From positions 64,046,609 through 64,110,608 of the forward strand of contig NC_068989.1 in the NCBI RefSeq assembly GCF_001194135.2: a DNA stretch of 64,000 bases, written 5' to 3'. Of this stretch, positions 1 to 14,330 are shown in pieces (the stretch's first letter is position 1; every line of letters starts with the position of its first letter). The position numbers and the translations under genes were made by a program. This stretch comes from Octopus bimaculoides (taxonomy: Eukaryota). The notes beneath the pieces are model-generated. The model saw nothing but the letters and a program-made list of their open reading frames with translations, had not been told where the DNA came from and did not search any database.

Positions 1-1775
1 ATATATATATATATATATGCATAGGCATGTATGTATACGTGTGTATTAGTATGGTGATAGTTTCTACTTCCACCTTCTCTCCTACTGTTCAATGTTAACA
101 CAATTTCAATGTGAGCTACCAGGTGACCGACATTGGTGAACTTTTATTGATACTCTATTATTTAGTAAACAGCCGACATCAAAGTCAATAGTTGCTATGG
201 AATGAATCAATTGGTTGCGTTGGTGGCGCGAACTCATCTTTCATAAAGGGAGAAAACTTTGTCAGATCGTAAATAGCGAAAATGAACAATATTCTGCCAT
301 ACCAATAATGTATATTGCGATATTCCTCACTTGATACGGCGTGAATATATGCATGCACGCGTGTACATATACATGTATACGTGTAGGCTTGTTTGCACGT
401 GTCTCAGTATGTGCCTGTATGCATATATAGACACACAACCTCTTAAACAGAAGTGCACACGCTCACATGCATACTTACTTATAAACACACATATATGCAC
501 ATTTTCATATATAAACGTTTTACATGTTATGTATTGTGTATGGATATATATATATATATGGATATATATNNNNNNNNNNNNNNNNNNNNNNNNNNNNNNN
601 NNNNNNNNNNNNNNNNNNNNNNNNNNNNNNNNNNNNNNNNNNNNNNNNNNNNNNNNNNNNNNNNNNNNNNNNNNNNNNNNNNNNNNNNNNNNNNNNNNNN
701 NNNNNNNNNNNNNNNNNNNNNNNNNNNNNNNNNNNNNNNNNNNNNNNNNNNNNNNNNNNNNNNNNNNNNNNNNNNNNNNNNNNNNNNNNNNNNNNNNNNN
801 NNNNNNNNNNNNNNNNNNNNNNNNNNNNNNNNTATATATAGGTATTGCATAATATATGCAGATATATAGTTAGACTAATGTTTGCTTTTATGTGAAGTTA
901 TATATGAAAAAAATTAAGCTGAAAGATTACTTATGTACTCTACTGTTCAGTAGAATATCTATTTATCTTTTATAAATGAAAAGTTGAATGTCCCTGTCAG
1001 TCTTTTCCTTGCACCAGTTAATATACACAAATACATACACACACATAAATATATATATACATGTCTGCATATGTATACTTTTGTACATATGTTTTTATCT
1101 ATCTACACACACACACACACAAACATATATACGTATATAAAGTGGAAATGAAGTTGAAAATGCAAAGACAGTATATCAGAATTAATTAGAAGTTAATTAT
1201 ATTTTAAAATATAGGAATACACCTGACCGTTTTCACAATAGGTTTTCAAAGGAGTATAGCGTATGCAGTTGTATTGCGAATTAAGTCTATTCTGGCTGTT
1301 GGTATCAAAATAATTTGTTTTTAAAATAAGTGGCTCAGAACATTATCCGTTAACGTACAAACTGATTGGTCAACATTCATGTATTTCGCTCATGTGACAG
1401 TTGTGTGAGAAGGTCACATCACAGGTTTTCTTCATTGAATATGTCATATGACAGTTTGGATAGAGATATATGAATAAGTGATGTAATAATTGCTTACATA
1501 AAAGTGTTTACTATTTTCTCGAAGATAATACTATTTTATTGTTTACTATTTTATCGAAGTATAATGTTATCAATTAGTCCTTCCCACTGAACACTTTAAA
1601 ACACATCCCTTCTTTGTTAACAACCTGTAGGGCAAGTAAGATGTTGGATTGTGCATTAAATAAGATAGATAATAGCTGCTACATGAATTTATGGTTTTCT
1701 TCAAAACGAGCCCAAGAAGATATTCTTCAATAACTCATTCATAAGAAAATGAGAATCGTGTATTACTGATGGTTT

Positions 1776-2990
1776 TTATAGCTTATCCAGCAGTGGCTTG
1801 TATTTTTCAATAAACGAACTTTCCTTATTAGTTTTTGCTTGTTCTGGAGTATTGTCTACACATTGGTAGAATTGGAAGACATGAAATTTAGGGGATCTGG
1901 TTTTCGTGCATGTTTCAAGATGTTCATTATAAGGAATTTGTTTTGAGATCCCGTATTTGTTGACGATGAATATTTAATCTCATTCTTGAAGAAAGTTTAG
2001 TTTGTCCAATGTAGTCTTCCCTGCATCCATTAAATTTGATACCATAAGCCAAATTTTGTGAAGAACAAGTAAAATGGTTTTCCGCAGTAAAAACTTTCCC
2101 TGGTTTAAATTTATAAGTTGTATCCTCTATAAGGTTTTCACAAGTTCCACAGTTGGCTCGGCCACACTTTTAACTGTTGAAGTTGAGTCCATTGTTGATA
2201 GCTTAGCGATGGTGATTAGATTTTGGGGGGACTGTGGTTGCCTTTTGATTTGATTATTTTGTATGATTCAAGTGCCTTTTTCATTTTTGGGTCTGGGCTC
2301 GATAACGGTACATTCTGATCGATAAAGCTGAGTGTTTCTGTGTTTCTTTGGTTGTGTGTAGTATAAAGAGTTTTGAGTGTATCTGAATTGTTTTTCGCTT
2401 TTCAATGTTTATTGTTTTGGCACGTTCTATTCTATTCTCTACTAAAGTAGAAGCGCCTGTTTTAATCCAACTTTTTTTTTTATTCTGAACATCCGGATTG
2501 GAGATTCTCCTATGTGCAGATGTGCAGATTCTCCTAGCTAGGTTAAATATAATGTTGGATTTGATATGTTTTGGGTGGCATGAAGTAAATAGAAGGTGCT
2601 GTTTAGAGTTCGTTGCTGTGTAGTAGATGTCGTTTTCGATGAGTGTCATTCTGAATAATCAAAATGTCTAAGAAGGGAAGTAGGTTATGATTAAATTCCA
2701 TAAGCAACTGAATACTGTTATTGATGCTATCTGTAGCAATCTCAAATCATTCACTTCATCTAGGTTGTATATCCACAAAATAAGGCAGTCATCTAAGCAT
2801 TGCTTCCTATTTTTCACCAGATAATTTTGAAAGTTGCTACCCTACTTTGTTTTCGCTTGATCATACATTTGGAATTCTAGATGTTCAAATAAAAACTCTT
2901 TACTGGAATTGATTATGGTGCCTAAAGAATGGCTGTAATATGAAACATCATTAAATGTCTTTTCCAGGTGATGCTATTTAAGTTAGTTAT
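1776..2990 (-). mobile_element. Degenerate Penelope-like element: RT C-terminus plus GIY-YIG endonuclease
   Basis: Minus-strand translation across frameshifts: LDDCLILW (YxDD-equivalent), LPFLDILI, DIYY..SKQHLLFTSCHPKHIKSNIIFNLARRICT, then KCGRANCGTC..NLAYGIKFNGCREDYIGQTK..RMRLNIHRQQIRD..NEHLETC..KESSFIEKYKPLL, with a stop at 1776-1778. Confidence 0.88.
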
Positions 2991-3184
2991 GGCCTAGATC
3001 ATTTCTGGCCGAAACATATCTAAGTTCAAACACACACATGGCACACGGGCACATACATATATACATACATGCATACGTACATACATACATACATATATAC
3101 ATACATACATACATACATACATACATACATACATACATGCATACATACATACATATAACTACATATATATCCTTTTATTCTTTT

Positions 3185-3930
3185 ATTCATTTAATTGTTC
3201 CAGTCATTTGACTGCGGCCGTGCTGGAGCACCGCCTCGAAGTGATATTTAGTCGAAGAAATCGATCCCTGGATTTATTCGTCGTAAGCCTAGTACTTTTT
3301 CTATCGAGCTCTTTTGCTGAAACTCTATCTTACGGGGACGTAAACACACCAATATTGATTATCAAGCGATGGTGGGGAGAGACAAATACAGACACGAAGA
3401 CACACCCATATGTATNNNNNNNNNNNNNNNNNNNNNNNNNNNNNNNNNNNNNNNNNNNNNNNNNNNNNNNNNNNNNNNNNNNNNNNNNNNNNNNNNNNNN
3501 NNNNNNNNNNNNNNNNNNNNNNNNNNNNNNNNNNNNNNNNNNNNNNNNNNNNNNNNNNNNNNNNNNNNNNNNNNNNNNNNNNNNNNNNNNNNNNNNNNNN
3601 NNNNNNNNNNNNNNNNNNNNNNNNNNNNNNNNNNNNNNNNNNNNNNNNNNNNNNNNNNNNNNNNNNNNNNNNNNNNNNNNNNNNNNNNNNNNNNNNNNNN
3701 NNNNNNNNNNNNNNNNNNNNNNNNNNNNNNNNNNNNNNNNNNNNNNNATATATATATATATATATACGACTGGTTCTTTCGGTTTCCGTCTACCAGATAC
3801 ATTCACAAGACTTTAGACGACCCGATACTATAGTAGAAGACACTTGCCCAAGGTGCCACGCAGAGGGACTTAACGTGGAATCATGTGGTTGGGGAGCAAC
3901 CTTCTTCTCACATAGCCACACTTGTGCATA
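3185..3930 (-). mobile_element. Family B SINE spanning an N gap at its internal microsatellite
   Basis: Reversed tail at 3185-3410 and reversed head at 3765-3930. Confidence 0.82.
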
Positions 3931-4463
3931 CATATATACATATATACACATGCTTTTATACGCATAGCACTTGCTGGCTGAGTAACCCTTCTATACAAAG
4001 TTAGTACTCAACTTAATTTTCATCACATTTGCGCCATGGCTGAAACCAACTCACCAATGCACTATTGTATCAACTTCCTCACCATCACTTTTACTTCAAA
4101 CTGTGTCATCAACACGTTGTTCCCGAAAATTGCAGAATCAGGAATTATTTTAGATAACCTATAATATATATATTCAAGAGAAAAACATCGATTGCGACAC
4201 TATAAGTTGTAATGTGACTATGTATTATTCAGGTATCACGCTTGTATAGGCATATATGTATACATANNNNNNNNNNACGCTTGCTTTCAACATTTAAACT
4301 TTTAAAATTGATTAGATCGTCAATTCCAGGAGAACAATACTTTATGCTTAGAAGACTAAAAGCACATCAAGTATAATACTTTCTGTAAGTTTTTTTGTAT
4401 TCATGAATTTGTTTTTGCTCCACATGTATGCGAAATATCAACAGCAACAGCAACAACAACAAA

Positions 4464-4501
<38 letters not shown>

Positions 4502-4809
4502 CAACAACAAATATTATTAATGTTAGAACTATCATCTGACACATGACCGCTGGCAAAGTTTGTATGCATTTAAGAGTGAATGCGGAGAACAGTGTGTGGG
4601 TGATGTCTGCGAGTTGGTTGGAGTGAGTAAGAGAGTGTTAGTTGGTAGTAGGTTGAGTGATTGAGTAATTGAGTGAGTGATAGTTGTGTTGTGAGTGAAG
4701 GAGGGAGAGAGAGTTTGCGTGTGGTTTTGACTGTGTTAATGACAACATAAAGAAAGAAGAGGAAGTGGAGGGATGACTGGAAAATCACTTGGTGGAAAAA
4801 AAAATAGCC

Positions 4810-4919
<110 letters not shown>

Positions 4920-5260
4920 GAAAAGATAAAAAAAACCGAAATATACAGATGAAAGAAGGAGAGGGAATGAGATGAATGAAAGAGAGGAAGAAACTCGTCA
5001 TGAATAGAGTAGTGTGTACATTTGAAGTGTACGATGAAAGAATCGGTAAAAATAAAAAAAATAAAAAGTAAATAAATAATGACCAGAAGAAAAAAAAGAA
5101 ATGAAGAAGACCAACAATACCAACAACAACAACGATAAAAACAACAATAACAGCAACAACAGAAAAGCAATGCGAAGAGTGTTTGATGATGAATCTACAA
5201 ATTAAATAGGGATGTAAACAAAAGCGAACAAAATTTTAAAAAGAAATACACACACACGCA

Positions 5261-5313
<53 letters not shown>

Positions 5314-5518
5314 ACACATATATATATAGATATATATATATATACATATATGTATGTGTGTATGTATGTATGTACGTATGTAAGTATGCACGTATGTATG
5401 TATATATATGTATATATATATGTATATATGTGTGTATATATACATATATATGTATTAAATATGCATAAAATAGTATATATACATCTACAACCACATGTAT
5501 ACATGCATACATACATAA

Positions 5519-5583
<65 letters not shown>

Positions 5584-7620
5584 TGAACAAAAATTGTAAA
5601 ACTCATAAAAAAAAGTCTATTGTGTGTATTCGATAGGAACCAAATAAAATATATTCAATAGTTCTATAGGAAAAAATTAAAAGATTTCCAAAGACCGTGT
5701 ACCATGTATGAGAATGACATAACATTGTGTGCAAGGAAAATATAATACAATAAAACTAAATATAAATCAACGTTAATGTAATAATTCGTATGAAAATACC
5801 ATTGAAAATTGTCGATGTTCAGCTCTCTTTGCTGTTAATTCCAGCTCGGCACTAAACCAGCTACGCTACGACTAATGGCGTTAAATTCATGACTGTCCTT
5901 TTCTTATAGACACAGAATTTCTAATAACTTGTATTTCTATTTTTCAGAATATTGGATGTTATTTGAGGAGGATTTAGTTAGCATTTCTGGCAAGTCGAGA
6001 GATTATCTCGAAAATTTATCGTTCTTAAAATCTGATACCAAGCTCTCTCGTTCATTGTGATTACAAAGGGCAATGTCTTTGAGGAGAGAACTTACTAGTG
6101 GTCTTCCATTCTAAGGCCTGCCCAAGTTTACACCTTGGAGATAAAGTTTCCAGAAGCAAACCCAGCATGTGCATACATATGCTTTCACACACACATACGA
6201 ACACAAAAACACACACATAAATATATATGTGTATGTATATATGTATGAGAAGGAAGCTAGCGTTTTACTACCTTAGAGACGCAAATTTCAAATTCATCAA
6301 TCTTGGCTGGGTTATTTGGCAAGGACGTGTGATGTTGAAAGACCCGAAACCTTCTAAGCCACCAGGAGCGTCATTGATGAGACATCCCAGGGCATCCATA
6401 TGATGTATCTTGGAACAATACACTCATGTACGCTCACAAACACGCACGTATATGTGTAAGACGGTGTATTCACATATTTTAGAAGTATACATATAAAATG
6501 GTATATTCAAAAATTCGTTTATTCGGATTTTCCTGTTAACCGGAAAAATGAAAGGAAAAATCTAGTGCTTTAAGCCACTCATAAAAGATAAAATGAGATA
6601 ATTAAAAAAAAAAAAAAGAATTAATTTACCAAAAGTTTTCTGGTGCTTAGAGGAAACCTCATCTTGTTTATAAACAAGGTGACAACTACGCTCTTGTCTT
6701 AGTGTTATAGGCTTTCATGAATATAGAGCATTCTACTGAACTCTGCTTGGACCAATCGATATAGAGCTTTCTATAAATATAGTTTCTAAGAGTTTTAGTC
6801 AAAAGTAATTTGCATTCTTAGAAAATATAGGGAGCTAAAGGAAATGAATGCAGTAGGCCAATGTCTGTTGAAACATACGCATGCGCGCATATGTATATAT
6901 TATCGCTGTTATTGTTATCGCTATTATATTTTTATATTAAAATTTTGAAATAGATCTCTGTATGAGATTCCAGACAGTGATATCTCAGTTTCATGCGTTG
7001 CATAGTCTATCATCAGTAGAGGACGAATGGTGGCATAATAATGCAAATACATATGTTTAAGTATGTATTTATGTTATTTTTGCATGTATGTATGTATGTA
7101 TGTATGTATGTATGTATGCATGTTATGTATGTATGTACGTAATTATGTATATATGTATGCATGTTATGTATGTACGTATGTATGTATGTATGTATGTATG
7201 TATATTAGCATACGTGCGTAAGTATATTGTACAGAGACGTAAGATATACCTCTTTACCGACTTATATTTTTCTATTTGCTTTCAAACATCTATTTTTCCG
7301 TTACTATCTGTCGTTTCCTTACCAACCACTTTCTACATCTTTGCACTTAAATTGCCACCATCTTGATGGCCATTGCTTGTTATTTTCCAGTATATTTATT
7401 GTGTTTCATGAAGAGCAATACTAAACGCAGTCCTTTTTTTTTTTACCCGCTCCTCCTCTCTCGCAAATTATCACCTTTCTCCTTTCTCTTTCATTACTAT
7501 TTCCTTCTCTTCTCACTCGTCTCCCCTTTCACACACACACACACGACTTTTTCCCTTTCTTTATTTTCCACGGTTCATCTCTCACTATCATTTTCTATCT
7601 TTCTCTTGTTTCTCCTAGCA

Positions 7621-7623
<3 letters not shown>

Positions 7624-7692
<69 letters not shown>

Positions 7693-7700
7693 TCTCTCTC
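7624..7700. repeat. (CT)n microsatellite inside a roughly 400-bp pyrimidine-rich block (7430-7830)
   Basis: Direct inspection. Confidence 0.95.
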
Positions 7701-8528
7701 TCCTCCCTTTCTCATATTCTCTCTTTCCCACTCTCTCCTTTCCTCACTACATTCCTTTTCTTCACTCCATCTCTCCCTCTTTCCAATTCTCTTCCCGCTT
7801 TCTCTATGCTTTCTATTCATTCTCTTCCTAGATATATATCCGATGGCCAAAGCACTTCAGTTTGCTATTCTCTTCTGTCTACTTACTCAGGTTATTTCTC
7901 CATTTAAGTAACCAATGCACTTCAAATTATCGTCTTGCTTTCATCGTCAGCTACAGTTTAGCCTGACATTACCTTCAGGCTACCTTTCTCCAGCTGATAC
8001 CGTAACTACTATACATATGACAAAACAAAACAACAAACTAAATAATTTAAAATCGCAGGCTAAGTTTTTCCCAGACACAATATTTATTCATCTGTCTTAC
8101 TTTATCGAACGCCAAGTGTGGTGGACTATTATTATCTGCACTATGCTCTCAGTTGTAACTCTGGGCAACAAAGATAGGAAATGATGTAGGCCTAGAGTGT
8201 ATTTAAAACGTTGATCACCACTTATGCTTTGTAAAGAATATGAAGATATCTGTTTTTAGATGACAGTGAGGCTGTGATGCATATATGTATAAATCATTAA
8301 TAATTTCCTAGCAGTATAGAGAATCCTGTAAACATCGTATTAGGTGTATGGAATCATATGTAAATTTAAAATAATAATTATTTTATCTACATGTTTATGA
8401 ATGTAATTAAAAATCCTTAAACAAACATATGGATAGATAGAGAGAGACACACACAGATACATATACTTACATATAAATATATAAATAAATAAATAGATAT
8501 GTTTATACATCATACACTTGTATATACA

Positions 8529-8569
<41 letters not shown>

Positions 8570-9152
8570 NNNNNNNNNNNNNNNNNNNNNNNNNNNNNNN
8601 NNNNNNNNNNNNNNNNNNNNNNNNNNNNNNNNNNNNNNNNNNNNNNNNNNNNNNNNNNNNNNNNNNNNNNNNNNNNNNNNNNNNNNNNNNNNNNNNNNNN
8701 NNNNNNNNNNNNNNNNNNNNNNNNNNNNNNNNNNNNNNNNNNNNNNNNNNNNNNNNNNNNNNNNNNNNNNNNNNNNNNNNNNNNNNNNNNNNNNNNNNNN
8801 NNNNNNNNNNNNNNNNNNNNNNNNNNNNNNNNNNNNNNNNNNNNNNNNNNNNNNNNNNNNNNNNNNNNNNNNNNNNNNNNNNNNNNNNNNNNNNNNNNNN
8901 NNNNNNNNNNNNNNNNNNNNNNNNNNNNNNNNNNNNNNNNNNNNNNNNNNNNNNNNNNNNNNNNNNNNNNNNNNNNNNNNNNNNNNNNNNNNNNNNNNNN
9001 NNNNNNNNNNNNNNNNNNNNNNNNNNNNNNNNNNNNNNNNNNNNNNNNNNNNNNNNNNNNNNNNNNNNNNNNNNNNNNNNNNNNNNNNNNNNNNNNNNNN
9101 NNNNNNNNNNNNNNNNNNNNNNNNNNNNNNNNNNNNNNNNNNNNNNNNNNNN

Positions 9153-9210
<58 letters not shown>

Positions 9211-9904
9211 TAACCTAATAACCCAATACGTAAGAAGTTCACTTCATGACCACAAGACCCCGGTCTTAATCCCGCTGGAAGGCATCTCGTGGAAGGATAA
9301 CTTCCTATAAAATCGGGGCAACTCCTCCCTTTTTGGAGTGAATTTCAGTCGGGAGAAACTACATTCAATTTCGTTGAAAAGATTTTATCTGGAATTCCAA
9401 GACCGAGTTTTGTCACACGCTGTGCCGCGCTGATTCCCATCAGAATTGTGTTAAGGATAAACGTGTCGGTGGAATACTCAGCCAATTACTAATTTAATGA
9501 ACCTGACTGTTTACTTAATTACACATCAGAAATCCTATGGTCGGAAACGCTAACCAAACTGCTTTTATTTATTCTATGACATAGATTGTTTCTGATTTGC
9601 TACTTGAAATAGTCATGTAACATCCTGAGGATATTTGCTAATGGGAATGCCATAGCATTTCAAATATTAGCACAACTAGTGTTTGCCGTAACATGATGAA
9701 TAACTTTGCAAGTATAGTTTTACCAATAGTTTTGGAATAAAGTTTTTGGTAACATCACGGACCATTGAATACATACAATAATCATAATTTAAATTATATT
9801 AAATTTCTGGGTGCTTGAGAAAAAGTGACGAAATATATACCAATTTTGGAAAGTAAAATATGTAATACCTGAAAATAAGATTAAATATATCATTTGTATA
9901 ATTA

Positions 9905-10040
9905 CCCAACCACATGGTTCCGAGTTCAGTTCCACTGCATGATTCCTTGGGCTATAGGCTTCTACTATAGCTTCGGGCCGACCAATGAATTGTGAGTGAA
10001 TTCTGTAGACGGAAACTAAAAGAAGCCCGTCGTATGTGCA

Positions 10041-10089
<49 letters not shown>

Positions 10090-10345
10090 ACATATGTGTG
10101 TGTGTGTGCACATATGTGTGTGTGTGTGCACATATGTGTGTGTGCCTTTGTGTCTATGTCTGTCAACCACCACCACGTGACAACCGTTGTTCGTCTGTTT
10201 ACGTCCCTGTAAATTAGCGGTTCGGTCATAAGAGACTGATAGAATAAGTACCATGCTTAGCAAATAATATGTACTGGGGTCGATTCATTCGGCTAAAAAT
10301 TCTTCAAGGCGGTGTCCCAACATCGCCGCAGTCTAATGACTGAAA
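9905..10345 (+). mobile_element. Family B SINE
   Basis: Same head, core and tail as 51712-52120, with an internal (TG)n. Confidence 0.85.
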
Positions 10346-11249
10346 AAAAGACACGATGATTTTATTCCTCTCATTGAGCGTGTGTCTACGTAGCGTTCTT
10401 TTGCTCTTTACCCGTCACTAAGCCTAGCATGTGCACTCATCCTGAACCTCTGATGTTAAGTCTTTCTGCTTCTCTCTTTTTACTCTTTCTCCCCCTTACC
10501 TCTATATGATGTAAAGCCTCACTGGAGAATTTAACCAACCAACATTTACAGCGGCTATTATTAAATAGAGATTATTGGTCTAAAACAGGAAAACTGCCTG
10601 TGATATAAATGTCAGCTAGAAGTTGAAACATTCTTAATTCCGATTCTGCTCTGTAACTAGACGAAAGTTCTGGACGCTTTTGTTTGAGCCGTAGTGTACC
10701 CGGGACCAGATTCTCTATTGTGGCATTGCTTTTCTTCTACTTTATTAACAGGCGTGTGATTTGAGAAAGATATTCTTGGCAGAAGACCAAGCAGCAATGT
10801 TACGTAACCAATGCTTTGATGGCTTCTAAAGTTGGAATTATTTCGTCTGAAGCCGAATGTATTACTGAGAAATTACTTCTCTGTTTTGTTAAACATAAGA
10901 CGATATAAAATATATTTCTTGAAATATAAGAAAATATATTTTTATACAATACAGAAGGCATAGTAGCTTCGATAAGTTTATTGATGTTTTAACAATACTT
11001 TCCTCATTCATGTTCCAGGTGTATTGGGACAGCAATGTAACATTCCTTTGATTCTGTTATGGGAAAAGTAGATGTACTGTAACTATTTGCGTTGGGGTTG
11101 ATCTTTCTTCGTTTTTGTATATTCTATGAAGATTGTTTTTCGTTTCGGCTCAGTCTTAGTGTCGTAGTGTACTAGATCGATAACGTAGTACCTTTCATAA
11201 ATTACATTAAGCATAACTATTAAAATCATTTTCTATTTGAGAAGTTCTT

Positions 11250-11320
<71 letters not shown>

Positions 11321-11689
11321 GATAATGATAATTTTTTATAACAGAAATTTGACGTTCTGAGTACTAAATTTTCTTTATTATCAACAAGAGAAACATAAAC
11401 AGATGGACATTAACGCACAATGACATTGACGACAATTTGTCGTGTGTATATATGTGTGTGAGAGTGTATCAGTATATGTATATATCTGTGTGTGTGTGTG
11501 TATACATATATATTTGTATGAATGTATGTATGTATGTATGTATGTATGTATGTATGTATGTATACATATATTCATAAGTTTGCTTTGTTTACACGCAAAA
11601 TTCCACTCTGCTTTTATAACCTTGTTCTTGTAATTATCTCATTTTTAGGCGCAACTTGGTGGTTAAAAAAATTAATTAATATTATCAAT

Positions 11690-12050
11690 CTTTGGCGAAT
11701 GCAGCGGGTTAGCAGGCCAGGCAAAATACTCAGAAATATTTCGTCCATCTTTATGTTATGAGTTCTTGGCCTGCTCGCCTCGCCAGCGAGGTGGCGTCAT
11801 TCAAAAGGTTAAAATAATTCAAAAGCGCATTGTGAACAGCATTGTATAACAACATCTGATAGCCTGGTCAGTCACGTGATCATGTGACGTGTATTAGTAT
11901 TAAAGCAATGAGACGACACAACCGTTAGCGCGTTGAACAAAATGCTTAGTATCATTCCTTCTGGCCTTTTACGTTCTGAGTTCAAATGCTGTTGGGGTTG
12001 ACTTTGCCTTTCATTCTTTCAGGGTCGGGAACTCTTTGGGGTTTGACTAG
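11690..12050 (+). mobile_element. Diverged family A SINE fragments
   Basis: Head fragments at about 11690-11765 and 11922-12025, the second with B box and CORE. Confidence 0.55.
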
Positions 12051-12074
12051 TTTACCCATATTAGTAGAGGTAAA

Positions 12075-12305
12075 TTATTCAACACATGGCTATGATGTCC
12101 CCCCACCACTCCTACTCGTGATCAGAGATGCACGTATTGTCAGCCAGTAAAGGATATGTTCAAGTGGTTAAGGTCAAGCAACTGACAAGTAAATCTGTGG
12201 TATTAAGCAGAATATTTATCGTAACCCATCTTTTACACCAAAACAAAACATGTACATGATAACACTTCCAGTCAGTTAAGATCAGGAGCCGTGAGAGGCA
12301 CTGTC
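12075..12305 (-). mobile_element. Partial copy of the 60881-61395 element
   Basis: Clear similarity to about 61160-61395; adjoins an (AGC)/(AGT) microsatellite. Confidence 0.65.
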
Positions 12306-12319
12306 TGATATTGCATCAA

Positions 12320-12352
12320 GACAGCAGCAGCAGCAGTAGCAGCAGCAGCAAC

Positions 12353-12395
<43 letters not shown>

Positions 12396-12411
12396 NNNNN
12401 NNNNNAGCAAC

Positions 12412-12458
<47 letters not shown>

Positions 12459-12492
12459 CAGAATCATCATCATCATCATCAGCAGCAGCAGC

Positions 12493-12536
<44 letters not shown>

Positions 12537-12555
12537 CAGCAGCAGCAGCAGCGTT
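12320..12555. repeat. Compound (AGC)n/(AGT)n/(ATC)n microsatellite
   Basis: Direct inspection. Confidence 0.95.
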
Positions 12556-13083
12556 AGCCGTAGTATTTTATCATCGTCATCAACATCAATAATATGATAG
12601 TTTCAGTTGTAGCCAGAATTTGGTTATAGCACACACACGCACACACACACACACACTCAAACACACACACAATCAAACACACAGTCACACATACACACAC
12701 ACACACACATCAACGTAATATTTTGGCATGAAATAAACATGGAATATTTAATCCGTTTCCTTTGGTGTGTGGCTCTTTAGAAAATTGTTTGCATAGATTA
12801 ACCACTCCCATCTTCATCTCTATCTCATCACTGCTCATAAGCAGCCATATTTACTTTATTTACATCGAGAATTAATGCATGTATGCATACATGCACGCAA
12901 CTATGTATTTATCTATCAATTTACCTATATGTCTATTTACTTAATTATCTACCTATCAATATTTCAATCAATTTATCTGTTTATGCATCTATCTGTCTGT
13001 CTGTCCATCTGTCTGTCTGTCCATCTATCTATCTATCCTTTCGTTCTGTTATTTACATGTTTATCTGTCTGTCTATCTATTTC

Positions 13084-13135
<52 letters not shown>

Positions 13136-14059
13136 CGCGCTCGTATGAGTCTTTGCATGCGTAATGTATATATATATCTGCCTATCTATTTCTATGTTTA
13201 ATTCACTGTTTGTATGGGTGAGTATGCATGTATGCATGTGTGTGTATGAATGTATGCTTTCATTATGCTTTTATGTATGTTGATAAGTATGTATATACTT
13301 ATTACCACATCTTTCCATAATTAGAATTTGTCCTGGAAGGAGGGAACTGATTTTTAAGAAAGAAATATTAGCGCTATCACTAGAATTTTTATAAGAACAT
13401 TAGTAACTGTTACATCAGAACGTTATATATATATTTATTATTAAAAATATAAATATATACACTATGTACAAGTCTAATACGGCCTTGTGGCATTTGGAGA
13501 TCATTGGGAATTACAAGTTTATTATAATGCATCCTGGCCACATTTTGCCCCTTGTCAGCGGATTTAACCAAACACCAATCTCATGATACAGAAGTGACGA
13601 CTAGCAATGAATTTACGTAGTTTCCAATATTTCATTCACTCTTGTATCTTTTTACTCCAAGAATGGGACGCAAATGTGCAAGCGGAGGTTTAACAATTTT
13701 AACGCGTTTTGCGTGAGTCTTCGGTTTTAAAAGTGTAAAACACTGTTCTATCATTTACCTCCGTTTCATTTGAAAGAATTTATCCTGAAATTGTTTGGTT
13801 CTGTTCTAATTTCTGCTTTGACGGTAGCCCAATTTCTCCACCATTCCTATAAAAGCATGATTGTATTATCTTTTGCTTTTTTTACTATTACATCATGTGA
13901 CAAAGAGACGCTGTCCAATTTTACAAAACCCTCCAAACGTATTTTGTTTTATGAAATGTATTCACTCTAAAACTGCTCTTTTTATTACGAAGATATGAGA
14001 TTATCTTCAACACAGCAGTTATGTGAATGAGTTACGATGTTCTTACCTGTACACGAATC

Positions 14060-14330
14060 GTCTTCAAAATTAATTCTTAGACTGCTGCAGATGTGTTTTT
14101 CTTCTAATAATTTTTATCAAAGTGTTCAGCTTTTTCTTCTCAACATCATGTCTCAGTCGAATGTAGTGCCTCGATGACATTTTTGGGCAGTTTCCAATTG
14201 CATGTGATATGTCCACCACAGAAGAGTGCCATAACCGATATTTGTTATTGCATCTTGAGAGAGTAAGTTCATTGGAGGCCCATTTGTTCATTAGATATTT
14301 CATATCTTCCTCCTGCTCGGGATGCAACGT
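14060..14330 (-). mobile_element. RLE-type (R4/Dong-like) non-LTR retrotransposon fragment, CCHC region
   Basis: EQEEDMKYL..NNKYRLWHSSVVDISHAIGNCPKMSSRHYIRLRHDV resembles a degenerate QEQEIxTKYL..CRxC..E.I.H.I..CP.....Y..RHD.V. Confidence 0.55.

Noticed and set aside
5942-6060. Possible exon after tttttcAG (YWMLFEEDLVSISGKSRDYLENLSF)
   Set aside because: No channel similarity and no good donor. It resembles a short dispersed repeat also seen near 10750, 25890 and 30650.
7930-7960. CTGACGA-T-GAAA on the minus strand
   Set aside because: Only one nucleotide between the core halves, so no stem II; chance match.
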